DNA of 28,778 nt, taken from NCBI GenBank assembly GCA_043803405.1, contig JAZDKB010000012.1, forward strand, positions 1 to 28,778, in the 5' to 3' direction. Under the pieces are notes generated by a model. It had not been told where the DNA came from. It saw nothing but the letters and a program-made list of their open reading frames with translations, and ran no database searches. Positions 8,374 to 17,807 of the stretch are shown piece by piece. Both the position numbers and the translations under genes were made by a program. The stretch comes from Spirochaetota bacterium. GTDB taxonomy: Bacteria; Spirochaetota; UBA4802; JAFGDQ01. The first letter of the stretch is position 1. The number at the start of each line of letters is the position of its first letter.

Positions 8374-10140
8374 ATGACCGCATCAGGAAAAGTAGTAGGC
8401 GTAAACGGAAATCTTGTGACTGTAGAATTCAGCGGCGATGTTTTAATGAACGAAGTCGCTTATATTGCTTATCAGGATAAACGTTTAAAATCAGAAGTAA
8501 TACGCATCAAAGGTAAAAGAGCCGAGTTACAGGTCTTCGAAATAATTAAAGGAGTGGGTGTCGGCGATGATGTGGAATTTACAGGGAGTCTTCTTTCAGT
8601 TGTAGTCGGCCCGGGCCTGCTTGGTCAGATTTTTGACGGTCTACAGAATCCTCTTCCCCAGCTTGCAGAGAAATACGGCTTTTTTCTTGAAAGGGGAATA
8701 TACCTGGAATCCATATCAGATGAAAAAAAATGGGAATTTACTCCAAAAGTAAAAGCAGGCGACAGTGTTGTTCGCGGCCAGCAGTTGGGTACAGTCCCTG
8801 AAGGAATTTTCAAGCATAAGGTTATGGTTCCGTTTAATTTTTATGATATCTATAAAGTCAGGTCAATAGCTGCTGAAGGCAGTTATTCTGTAAAACAGAC
8901 TATAGCTGAACTTGAAGATGAAAATGGCAATGTCATTCCTGTTTCAATGATATTTCAATGGCCTGTAAAAAAGGCCATAAAAGCATATAAGGAAAGGATG
9001 AAGCCTTCCGAACCGATGGTAACCCAGATAAGGATAATAGATACTCTTTTCCCTGTTGCAGTAGGAGGGACATACTGCATACCCGGACCTTTTGGCGCCG
9101 GTAAAACCGTATTACAGCAACTGACCAGCCGTTATGCAGATGTTGATATTGTTATTCTGGCTGCGTGCGGAGAGCGCGCCGGCGAGGTTGTGGAAACATT
9201 AAAGGAATTCCCGCAAATGATCGATCCGAGAACCAGCAAGCCGCTTATGGAAAGGACAGTGATTATATGCAACACGAGTTCCATGCCCGTGGCAGCGCGC
9301 GAAGCATCGGTCTATACTGCTGTTACGATCGCGGAGTATTACAGGCAAATGGGTCTCAAGGTATTGCTGCTGGCGGATTCCACGTCAAGGTGGGCGCAGG
9401 CTATGAGGGAAATGTCCGGCCGTCTTGAGGAAATTCCGGGAGAAGAGGCGTTCCCCGCATATCTGGATTCTGTTATTGCCGCATTTTATGAAAGGGCAGG
9501 TGTTGTGAAAAACATCGATGAAAGCACAGGCTCTATTACAATCGGAGGAACAGTCAGCCCTGCGGGCGGAAATTTCGAAGAGCCGGTTACTCAGGCCACG
9601 TTAAAGGTCGTAGGAGCTTTTCATGGCCTGTCAAGAGAACGTTCGGATGCGAGAAGATATCCTGCCATTCATCCTCTGGAAAGCTGGAGTATATACAGCG
9701 GTATTGTAAGTGAAAGAAAAACCTCTTATGCGAAAAAGATACTGTTTGAAGGCGAAGAGATATCCCAAATGATGAAGGTTGTCGGGGAAGAAGGCACAAG
9801 CATAGAGGATTATATAATTTATCTTAAAAGCGAATTTTTTGATTCCGTTTATTTGCAGCAGAACGCATTTGATAAGGTTGACGCGTTTACTTCCAAAGAA
9901 AGACAAAACTATGTTTTCGACAGATTGCTTATGATCCTGCTGGCCGGTTTTAAACTGGCGCACAAAGATGAAGCCCGTTCGTACTTTAATCAGTTGAGGC
10001 AGAAATTCCTGGACTGGAACGGGAATCCCGTCGATTCCTATGAGTTTAAGAAAATAGAGTACGAAATAATGTCAATGCTGAAAAGCAAAAGTATGGAGTC
10101 TATAGAGAATATTACGGAAAAATTAAACAGCTTAATTTAA
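8374..10140 (+). CDS. ntpA: V/A-type ATP synthase subunit A (catalytic)
   Basis: P-loop GPFGAGKT, CGERAGEV, NTSSMPVAAREAS, ADSTSRWAQA, PGEEAFPAYL, VSPAGGNFEEPVTQ. GGAGA RBS favours ATG 8374. Confidence 0.97.
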   Translation: MTASGKVVGVNGNLVTVEFSGDVLMNEVAYIAYQDKRLKSEVIRIKGKRAELQVFEIIKGVGVGDDVEFTGSLLSVVVGPGLLGQIFDGLQNPLPQLAEKYGFFLERGIYLESISDEKKWEFTPKVKAGDSVVRGQQLGTVPEGIFKHKVMVPFNFYDIYKVRSIAAEGSYSVKQTIAELEDENGNVIPVSMIFQWPVKKAIKAYKERMKPSEPMVTQIRIIDTLFPVAVGGTYCIPGPFGAGKTVLQQLTSRYADVDIVILAACGERAGEVVETLKEFPQMIDPRTSKPLMERTVIICNTSSMPVAAREASVYTAVTIAEYYRQMGLKVLLLADSTSRWAQAMREMSGRLEEIPGEEAFPAYLDSVIAAFYERAGVVKNIDESTGSITIGGTVSPAGGNFEEPVTQATLKVVGAFHGLSRERSDARRYPAIHPLESWSIYSGIVSERKTSYAKKILFEGEEISQMMKVVGEEGTSIEDYIIYLKSEFFDSVYLQQNAFDKVDAFTSKERQNYVFDRLLMILLAGFKLAHKDEARSYFNQLRQKFLDWNGNPVDSYEFKKIEYEIMSMLKSKSMESIENITEKLNSLI

Positions 10141-10254
10141 CACCTTTGGCTTGCACCTGTGGATTTTGTTATATCTATGGCAAAGTAAACCAGAGTAATT
10201 GCAGCTGCTCTGATAAATTTGAAAGATGAGTAATTATATTTTCTGGAGTGAAAG

Positions 10255-11550
10255 ATGCGAAAGATATATAACAGGATTGAGGAAATTAAAGGTAATGTTA
10301 TATCAGTACGCGCGGAAGGCATAAAGTACGGAGAACTCGCGGAAATAACATCCGGACACGGGAAATCGCTCGCTGAAGTTATCCAGCTTTACGAAGATAA
10401 AGTTTCGCTGCAGGTTTTTGCAGGCGGCAGGGGCATTTCAACAGGCGATGAGGTACGCTTTCTTTCAAGGCCTATGATGGTCTCTTTTTCCGACAACTTA
10501 TTAGGACGAATCTTTGACGGCAGGGGAAATCCGAGGGATAATGGCCCTGTATTAACAGATAGTCTAATCGAAATCGGAGGGCCATCCGTCAACCCCGCAA
10601 AAAGAATAATCCCGCGGAATATGCTCCGTACCGGCATTCCGATGATTGATCTTTTTAACACTCTTGTCGAGTCACAGAAGCTCCCCATCTTTTCAATCTC
10701 GGGTGAACCCTATAACGAACTCCTTGCCAGAATAGCCACCCAGGCGGAAGTCGATCTGATTATACTGGGTGGGTGCGGTTTAAAATATGACGATTACCTC
10801 TTCTTTAAGGAAAGGTTGGAAAAAGACGGTTCTTTAAGCAGGTCTATATTTTTTATACATACCGCGTCCGATCCTGTAGTAGAGTGTCTTATGGTTCCGG
10901 ATTTATCCCTTGCGGTTGCGGAAAAGTTCGCGTTAAAAGGCAAAAAGGTTCTTGTTCTAATAACGGACATGACGAATTTTTCCGACGCTTTGAAGGAAAT
11001 CTCAATCACCATGGAGAGAGTCCCTTCTAACAGGGGATACCCGGGCGATCTTTACAGCCAGCTTGCTTCAAGATACGAAAAGGCCGTGGACTTTGAGGGA
11101 CAGGGCTCAATTACTATTTTGGCTGCCACTACAATGCCTGGCGATGACGTGACCCATCCTGTACCGGACAATACTGGCTATATTACCGAAGGCCAGTTCT
11201 ATTTAAGGAACGGAAGGATAGAGCCTTTCGGCTCCCTCTCAAGATTAAAACAATTAGTTAATGGGAAAACAAGAGACGATCACAGGCCGTTAATGGACGG
11301 AATGATAAAATTATACGCGTCTTTTAAAGAGACTCTTGAAAAGAAGGCCATGGGATTTCGTATGTCTGACTGGGACGGGAAGCTTTTAAAATACGGCGCT
11401 CTTTTTGAAAAGGAGCTTATGGATCTTTCGGTAAATATGCCGCTGGAAAAGGCACTGGATAAGGGATGGGAGATATTTGCGGATTGTTTTACTCCTGAAG
11501 AAACAGGCATGAGAACAGGGCTTACGGATCAATACTGGCCTAAACAATAA
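10255..11550 (+). CDS. ntpB: V/A-type ATP synthase subunit B
   Basis: [58 protein letters not shown]. Confidence 0.97.
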   Translation: MRKIYNRIEEIKGNVISVRAEGIKYGELAEITSGHGKSLAEVIQLYEDKVSLQVFAGGRGISTGDEVRFLSRPMMVSFSDNLLGRIFDGRGNPRDNGPVLTDSLIEIGGPSVNPAKRIIPRNMLRTGIPMIDLFNTLVESQKLPIFSISGEPYNELLARIATQAEVDLIILGGCGLKYDDYLFFKERLEKDGSLSRSIFFIHTASDPVVECLMVPDLSLAVAEKFALKGKKVLVLITDMTNFSDALKEISITMERVPSNRGYPGDLYSQLASRYEKAVDFEGQGSITILAATTMPGDDVTHPVPDNTGYITEGQFYLRNGRIEPFGSLSRLKQLVNGKTRDDHRPLMDGMIKLYASFKETLEKKAMGFRMSDWDGKLLKYGALFEKELMDLSVNMPLEKALDKGWEIFADCFTPEETGMRTGLTDQYWPKQ

Positions 11551-11563
11551 AGGAAAATAAAAT

Positions 11564-12157
11564 TTGGCTAAGATAAAGCTGACAAAAAATGAACTAAAGC
11601 ATCAGAAGGATGATCTGAAGCGTTTTAACAGGTATCTTCCAACCCTGCAGCTGAAAAAGCAACAGCTTCAATTTGAAATCCATTCAGTTGAAGCCAAATA
11701 CAGGGAGAGTTCTTCTGCTAAAGAATTCATTAAGGAAGAAATAATGAAATGGGTGGATGTGTTCGGTGAAGAAACAGGAGTTGAGACCTTAATTAAATTT
11801 AAAAAGATAAACACAGAAACAGGCAACATAGCAGGAATCGAGATACCGGTATTCAGGGACGCTGAATTTGAAGTAATTTCCTATGATCTTTTTTTAACGC
11901 CTCTCTGGGTAGACAGGGCTGTTAATAAATTAATAGATATTTACAGGATTATTGCTGAATTGAAAGTGCTTCAGAAACAATTAGAACTTTTAAGAGAGGA
12001 ACTGAGAATTACTTCTCAGCGTGTGAATCTTTTTGAAAAAGTTAAGATTCCCGAAGCAATGAATAATATTAGAATAATTCAAATATATATGGGAGACCAG
12101 CAGACTGCTGCTGTTGTGCGCGGTAAAATAGCTAAAACCAAAACGGCTGAAGTATAA
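11564..12157 (+). CDS. ntpD: V/A-type ATP synthase subunit D
   Basis: TTG start after AAGGA. TKNEL, YLPTLQLKK, NIAG, TSQRVNLFEKVKIP motifs. Confidence 0.95.
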   Translation: MAKIKLTKNELKHQKDDLKRFNRYLPTLQLKKQQLQFEIHSVEAKYRESSSAKEFIKEEIMKWVDVFGEETGVETLIKFKKINTETGNIAGIEIPVFRDAEFEVISYDLFLTPLWVDRAVNKLIDIYRIIAELKVLQKQLELLREELRITSQRVNLFEKVKIPEAMNNIRIIQIYMGDQQTAAVVRGKIAKTKTAEV

Positions 12158-12159
12158 CC

Positions 12160-13959
12160 ATGATCGTAAAGATGAAGAAGACAACAGTTGTTGTTCTGGA
12201 TTCTAAAGTTGAAGAATCCCTGAAGCAATTGAGAGATACTGGAGTTATGCATCTCAATATAACTCCGAGAGGGAATAAACAAATTGCGGAAATTCATAAA
12301 AAAAGATTCATTTTGGAAAATTCCCTTGCCGTACTGGCCGACCATGAAACAGACCATATCAGCCCAGGTTCAACTGATATTGGAAGCATCATGGAAACAG
12401 CTTATATGATTCATGAGCTTGGCTCCAGGCAGTTTACATGTAACGAAGAACTTTTAGTTGTAGAACGGGAGATCCACAGACTGTCGCCATGGGGCGATTT
12501 TAAATTTCATGATTTAAAAGTATTAAAAGGAAAGGGAATCGACATACGATTGTATGAGCTGACTCCCGAGCAGTTCAATAAAATCCCGAGAAACAAACTG
12601 TTTTTTATTATCCATAGAGAAAGGACGGTAATAAGAGTAGCTGTTATCTTTACAGGAGAAAATAATGAGGACATTCCTTTTGAGCAGGTATCGTTGCCGG
12701 AGCAGTCTCTGTCACAGCTTAATTCAGAACGCGAAAATACGATAAGAGAAATCAGGTCCATTCAACTGGAGCTGAAAAGACTAAGCACGCATAAGAGTGA
12801 GCTTAAATATGCTATGAAAGAAATTGACGCAGAACTGGAGTTTGAGCATGCGGTAGCAGCGATGAGTAAAGAAGGGGAAATAGCGTACCTGACCGGTTAT
12901 GTTCCGGAGAATAAAATCGCTGCCGTTAAGACTGCGGCATCAAAAAACAGCTGGGGTCTTGTTATAGACGATCCTTCCGGTGACGATCCGGTTCCGACTT
13001 TAATTGAAAATCCGAAATGGGTAAATGCTATTTCGCCAGTATTTAAGCTCCTTGGAACAATACCGGGATACAGGGAGTTTGATATCAGCTTATGGTTCAT
13101 GGTTTTCTTCAGCATATTCTGGGCAATGATTATTGGGGATGCCGGATATGGCATACTGTTTCTTATTATGTCAATTATTGGAAGGATAAAGTTTAAAAAT
13201 GCATCCTTTGAACCATTCCTTCTTCTGTATATAACAAGTATAACTACAATTATCTGGGGCGCAATTACAGGGACATGGTTCGGATCTGAAGCACTTTCCA
13301 GGCAAGGGGCTTTATCGTGGATGATTATCCCGTCTATTTCAAGCTTTGCAGGCCCGAATAGCGGTACGGAAAAAATATTAATGAATTTATGCTTTGCATT
13401 AGGCACGCTGCATTTAAGCATCGCGCATTTGCTGAATTTTTTCCGTATGTTGCCTTCATTAAAAGCTTACTCTGAGATTGGGAGGCTATCTTTAATATGG
13501 GCATTGTATTTTTTAACACGCAGGCTTGTATTGAATCATGAATTGCATCCTGTAACTATCTGGCTTTTATTTGGAGGATTAGGATTAATCATTATTTTTT
13601 CCGAGCAAAAGGGCAGGTTCTTTAAAGGGATACTGGACAGCTTTGCCGGCATGTTTGTCATCACACTTAACAGCATCAGCTTTTTTTCCGACATTATTTC
13701 CTATGTTAGATTATTTGCCGTGGGGCTGGCTTCGCTGGAAGTCGCAAAGAGTTTTAATACAATGGCTATGTCGCTCGGATCAGGTTTCTTTGCGGTTATA
13801 GGATCTGTTTTAATATTATTTTTAGGGCATTGTCTTAATATAACATTAAGCGCGATGTCGCTCATTGTTCATGGGGTAAGACTTAACATGCTGGAATTTT
13901 CCGGGCATCTGAACATGGGATGGTCAGGGACAGAATACAAGCCTTTTAAAAAAGAATAA
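12160..13959 (+). CDS. ntpI: V/A-type ATP synthase subunit I (a)
   Basis: Soluble N-half then multi-TM C-half. PGYREFD, MIIGDAGYG, SDIISYVRLFAVGL (essential Arg), VHGVRLNMLEF, YKPF. Confidence 0.95.
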   Translation: MIVKMKKTTVVVLDSKVEESLKQLRDTGVMHLNITPRGNKQIAEIHKKRFILENSLAVLADHETDHISPGSTDIGSIMETAYMIHELGSRQFTCNEELLVVEREIHRLSPWGDFKFHDLKVLKGKGIDIRLYELTPEQFNKIPRNKLFFIIHRERTVIRVAVIFTGENNEDIPFEQVSLPEQSLSQLNSERENTIREIRSIQLELKRLSTHKSELKYAMKEIDAELEFEHAVAAMSKEGEIAYLTGYVPENKIAAVKTAASKNSWGLVIDDPSGDDPVPTLIENPKWVNAISPVFKLLGTIPGYREFDISLWFMVFFSIFWAMIIGDAGYGILFLIMSIIGRIKFKNASFEPFLLLYITSITTIIWGAITGTWFGSEALSRQGALSWMIIPSISSFAGPNSGTEKILMNLCFALGTLHLSIAHLLNFFRMLPSLKAYSEIGRLSLIWALYFLTRRLVLNHELHPVTIWLLFGGLGLIIIFSEQKGRFFKGILDSFAGMFVITLNSISFFSDIISYVRLFAVGLASLEVAKSFNTMAMSLGSGFFAVIGSVLILFLGHCLNITLSAMSLIVHGVRLNMLEFSGHLNMGWSGTEYKPFKKE

Positions 13960-14008
13960 ATTAATTATTAACAGCGTACTTGAGCAGTTTACCTAATGAT
14001 TAGTACTG

Positions 14009-14091
14009 TGTCATTTCGAACGGATGTGAGAAATCACCTGATTAAGTGTAAAAATAGATTTCTCAGTCGCTATCGCTCCTTCGGAATGACA
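14009..14091. repeat. REP-like nested palindrome between ntpI and ntpK
   Basis: TGTCATTTCGAA (14009-14020) / TTCGGAATGACA (14080-14091) enclosing TGAGAAATC (14027-14035) / GATTTCTCA (14057-14065). Confidence 0.75.
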
Positions 14092-14204
14092 ATTTGATAT
14101 ATTTATTCAATCGAAAAATGCTATAGTTTGTTGTAAAGCGAAATTTCTGGGTATTTGCGTTGTGGATGTAAATATAGATACTTATATATTAAAAGGAGAA
14201 AAAC

Positions 14205-14633
14205 ATGAATTTTGATTTTTTTGGTTCTGCTGCCGCGCTTGCATTTGCAGCGTGCGGATCTGCTGCCGGATCGGGTATAGCCGGAATGGCCGCGATCGGA
14301 TCATGGAAAAAATGCTTTATTCAGAACAAGCCCGCGCCGTTCCTGCTTATTGTCTTTGTAGGGGCTCCTCTTTCGCAGACGATATACGGGATGATTCTTA
14401 TGAACGCAGTGCTGGCCGCGTCCGGCACCGATCCTGTTATTAAACTCTCTGCCGGAGTTTTCGGCGGAATAGCCATAGGAATGTCGGCGCTCTTTCAGGG
14501 AAAAGCTGGTGCGAGCGGCTGTGACGCGCTGGCTGAAACAGGGAAGGGTTTCGGTAATTTTATAATGGTTATCGGCGTAATTGAGACGGTTGCATTATTT
14601 GTTATGGTTCTTCTGCTGAGTATTCTGGGTTAA
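14205..14633 (+). CDS. ntpK: V/A-type ATP synthase subunit K (4-TM proteolipid, Na+-type signature)
   Basis: 142-aa hydrophobic protein with PLSQTIYG, ALFQGKAG and IETVALF; AAGGAG RBS. Confidence 0.95.
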   Translation: MNFDFFGSAAALAFAACGSAAGSGIAGMAAIGSWKKCFIQNKPAPFLLIVFVGAPLSQTIYGMILMNAVLAASGTDPVIKLSAGVFGGIAIGMSALFQGKAGASGCDALAETGKGFGNFIMVIGVIETVALFVMVLLLSILG

Positions 14634-14689
14634 AAGCGCAATAAAAATATATTATTTTTTCATCAGGTAATTATTAAAATTATAAATTA

Positions 14690-14716
14690 AAAAAACCCTT
14701 ATTTTTATAAGGGTTT
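14690..14716. terminator. Intrinsic terminator between convergent ntpK and tRNA-Gly
   Basis: AAACCCTTAT-TTTT-ATAAGGGTTT hairpin with an A-tract on the left (U-tract for the minus-strand tRNA). Confidence 0.75.
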
Positions 14717-14728
14717 AGGTTTTCCATG

Positions 14729-14799
14729 AGCGGGTGATGGGAATCGAACCCACGCTATCAGCTTGGAAGGCTGGAATTCTACCACTGAATTACACCCGC
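14729..14799 (-). tRNA. tRNA-Gly (anticodon TCC), CCA not encoded
   Basis: Minus strand GCGGGTG-TA-ATTC-AGTGGTA-GAAT-T-CCAGC-CTTCCAA-GCTGA-TAGC-GTGGG-TTCGATT-CCCAT-CACCCGC-T folds as a cloverleaf with U73 discriminator. Confidence 0.96.
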
Positions 14800-14963
14800 A
14801 TATACAAATACAAAAATATATTAAACATGAAATGAGTCAAGTAAATTTTGTTTTATGTGTTAGTGCCCTGAAAATTGATGATTATTGCTTTTTAAATATT
14901 ACTGTAATTAGTAGGATTTAGACACATCCTTATTCTCCTTTCCGGGGAAAGTTTTAAAATTGA

Positions 14964-14991
14964 TTGCAAAATTTTTGACATTCTATATAAT
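14964..14991 (+). promoter_or_regulatory. Candidate sigma-70 promoter for glgP
   Basis: TTGCAA-16 bp-TATAAT about 200 bp upstream of glgP. Confidence 0.4.
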
Positions 14992-15187
14992 AATTCGATT
15001 CATTCCAATATGCTGAAATTATTTTACTTTGCATATTTCTGATTGCCGGTTGATTCAATCTCCCGCCTGTGAAAGCGGGAGATTGTATTATATAGTTATT
15101 TGTAATCGATATATATTTTGATATAAATAAAGATATTTTACTATATTTTTATAAAAACTGATAATACTGATATCGCAGGAGCTGGAA

Positions 15188-17743
15188 ATGGCTAAAATAA
15201 AGAAATTTCGTGTGTTCCCATATTTGCCGGAGGCCTTAAAGCCTCTTTTAAAGATAGCACAGAATTTATCGTGGATATGGAATTTTGAAGCAATTGAATT
15301 ATTCCGGAGACTGGATGTGGATATTTGGCGCGAAGTAAGGCATAATCCTATAGCCCTGCTGGGCTCCCTTTCACAGCAAACAATGGATGAGGCGGCATCA
15401 TCCGAAAGTTTCATTGCGCACATGAAACGCGTTGAAGATGAATTGAACTGGCAGCTGACAAAAAAGACATGGTTCGAGGAGAACAGGAGCGGCAACGAGA
15501 ATATGGAGATCGCATATTTTTCCGCTGAATTCGGCATTCATGAATGCCTCCCGATTTATGCAGGCGGGCTGGGAATTCTTGCAGGCGATCATTTGAAATC
15601 GGCGAGCGAGCTGGGGCTGCCTTTGAACGGGGTAGGTTTGCTGTACAGGCTTGGATATTTCCATCAATATCTGAATGTTGACGGATTGCAGCAGGAAAGG
15701 TTTCCGGAAACTGATTTCAATAATATACCAGTAAACCTGGTTAAGGATAATAACGGAGAAACAATATTTATAAAAGTCGAGTATCATGAAAGGGAAATAT
15801 TCGCCCGGATATGGGAAGTCCTGGTCGGAAGAATTAAGCTGTATCTGCTGGATACCGATATCGACAGGAATTCTGCTGAGGACAGATCGATTACTTACCA
15901 GCTTTACGGCGGAGATAATGAGATGCGTGTTAAACAGGAAATACTGCTGGGGATCGGGGGGGTAAGGGCATTACGGGCGCTTGGAAAAAAAATCTCGGTT
16001 TATCACATGAACGAAGGACATTCGGCTTTTCTCAGTATCGAAAGAATACGCCTTGCAATGAAGGAAAACAATTTTACTTTTTACGAAGCGCTCTCGTTCG
16101 TAACTTCGACAAATGTGTTCACAACGCATACTCCTGTGCCAGCCGGAAACGACAGGTTTGAGCCCGAGCTGGTGGAAAAATATCTTACATATTATATTAA
16201 AGACATGGGATTAAAAAAAGAGGAATTTCGCGCGCTCGGCCGGGAAAAACCCCTGGATAAGGAAGAGACTTTCTGCATGACTGTGCTTGCGATTAAGACG
16301 GCAGCAGCCTGTAACGGCGTTTCCAGGCTTCACGGTGCAGTATCAAGGAATATGTGGAAGAATATTTGGCCATCGCTGCCGGTACATCATGTTCCGATAA
16401 CACATATTACTAACGGGGTGCAGACTCTTTCGTGGACTTCCGATGAAATGATGCGCGTCCTTAACAGGTACCTCGGACTGCGCTGGATAGACAATCCGGT
16501 GGATAAATCTGTGTGGTTAAATGTCGATTCCATACCTGATTCCGAATTATGGCGATGCAGGGAAAGGATGAAGGAAAGGCTGGTAGGATTTGCGAGAAGA
16601 ATATTAAAACAGCAGTTGCAGGCCAGGGGCCTGCCGAACTATGAAGTAGCAAAGTCGGATGCAGTGCTTGATCCCGAAGCCCTTACAATTGGTTTTGCCA
16701 GGAGATTCGCGGAATATAAAAGAGCCAACCTGATTTTCAGGAATATGGCTAGGCTCGAAAAAATCCTTCTGAACAAGGAAAAGCCGGTTCAGTTCGTTTT
16801 TTCGGGCAAGGCTCATCCGAAGGATTCCCTGGGGAAAGATCTGATCAAGCTCGTCGTTAACTTAGCCCGTGATGAAAGGTTCAGAAACAAGATAGTCTTT
16901 CTCGAAGATTACGATATCAATATTGCAAGATATATGGTTCAGGGCTCGGATGTATGGCTCAATACTCCGACCAGGCCCAAGGAAGCATCCGGCACAAGCG
17001 GAATGAAAGTTGTCCCGAACGGCTGTCTTAATATAAGCATACTGGACGGATGGTGGGACGAGGCTTACAACGGCACTAACGGGTGGACTATCGGCCATGG
17101 TGAAGAATATGATGACTGGGATTACCAGAACTCGGTTGAGAGCGAAGCATTATACAATATACTCGAGAACGAAATTATCCCGATGTTTTATAATCGCGGA
17201 GCAGACCATATCCCGAAAGAGTGGGTTGCCAGAATAAAGGAATCAATGAAGACCATTTGCCCTATGTTTAACACAAACAGAATGGTAAGGGAATATGCCG
17301 AGAAATTATATTTAGATTCGCATAAGAACTATAAAATGTTTTCCGAAGACAATTTCAACAGGACCAGAGCCTTTACGCAATGGCAGAGAAAAATATCGGA
17401 GAAATGGAGCAGCATTTCGATAAAGGATTTATTTATCGAGGGCGGAGACGAAATAGTCGTAGGAAAAAGAATTAATGTAAAAGCGGTAGTGGACATAGGT
17501 ACTCTTACGCCGGACGAGGTGCAGGTAGAGCTTTATTTCGGATGTCTTAATTCAAGAGGAGAGATACTCGAAGGTGCTGCGACTCCTATGCAGATGGTTT
17601 CGAATATCACTAACGGCGAATATAAGTACGAAGGATATCTGCTTTGTTTAAAATCCGGAGAGTTCGGCTTTACCGCGCGTGTTGTTCCGTATCATCACGA
17701 CATGTTCAGGAAGTACACTCCCGGGCTGATCACCTGGGCATAA
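15188..17743 (+). CDS. glgP: Alpha-glucan (glycogen/starch) phosphorylase, DUF3417-type
   Basis: YFSAEFG, YAGGLGILAGDHLKSAS, HMNEGH, FTTHTPVPAG, GFARRFAEYKR, PLP-site EASGTSGMK, LDGWWDE. Confidence 0.97.
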   Translation: MAKIKKFRVFPYLPEALKPLLKIAQNLSWIWNFEAIELFRRLDVDIWREVRHNPIALLGSLSQQTMDEAASSESFIAHMKRVEDELNWQLTKKTWFEENRSGNENMEIAYFSAEFGIHECLPIYAGGLGILAGDHLKSASELGLPLNGVGLLYRLGYFHQYLNVDGLQQERFPETDFNNIPVNLVKDNNGETIFIKVEYHEREIFARIWEVLVGRIKLYLLDTDIDRNSAEDRSITYQLYGGDNEMRVKQEILLGIGGVRALRALGKKISVYHMNEGHSAFLSIERIRLAMKENNFTFYEALSFVTSTNVFTTHTPVPAGNDRFEPELVEKYLTYYIKDMGLKKEEFRALGREKPLDKEETFCMTVLAIKTAAACNGVSRLHGAVSRNMWKNIWPSLPVHHVPITHITNGVQTLSWTSDEMMRVLNRYLGLRWIDNPVDKSVWLNVDSIPDSELWRCRERMKERLVGFARRILKQQLQARGLPNYEVAKSDAVLDPEALTIGFARRFAEYKRANLIFRNMARLEKILLNKEKPVQFVFSGKAHPKDSLGKDLIKLVVNLARDERFRNKIVFLEDYDINIARYMVQGSDVWLNTPTRPKEASGTSGMKVVPNGCLNISILDGWWDEAYNGTNGWTIGHGEEYDDWDYQNSVESEALYNILENEIIPMFYNRGADHIPKEWVARIKESMKTICPMFNTNRMVREYAEKLYLDSHKNYKMFSEDNFNRTRAFTQWQRKISEKWSSISIKDLFIEGGDEIVVGKRINVKAVVDIGTLTPDEVQVELYFGCLNSRGEILEGAATPMQMVSNITNGEYKYEGYLLCLKSGEFGFTARVVPYHHDMFRKYTPGLITWA

Positions 17744-17807
17744 AATATATATCAGAAGGTGCAAAACAAGGGGCTCGTGCCCTTTAGGGGGCCTGGAACT
17801 TAAATTA

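Noticed and set aside
14729..14799. tRNA-Gly as an integration site or pseudo-tRNA (C27-A43 mismatch, no CCA)
   Set aside because: No duplicated tRNA 3' end was seen in the window. One terminal anticodon-stem mismatch and a non-encoded CCA are common, and promoter-like and terminator signals flank the gene.
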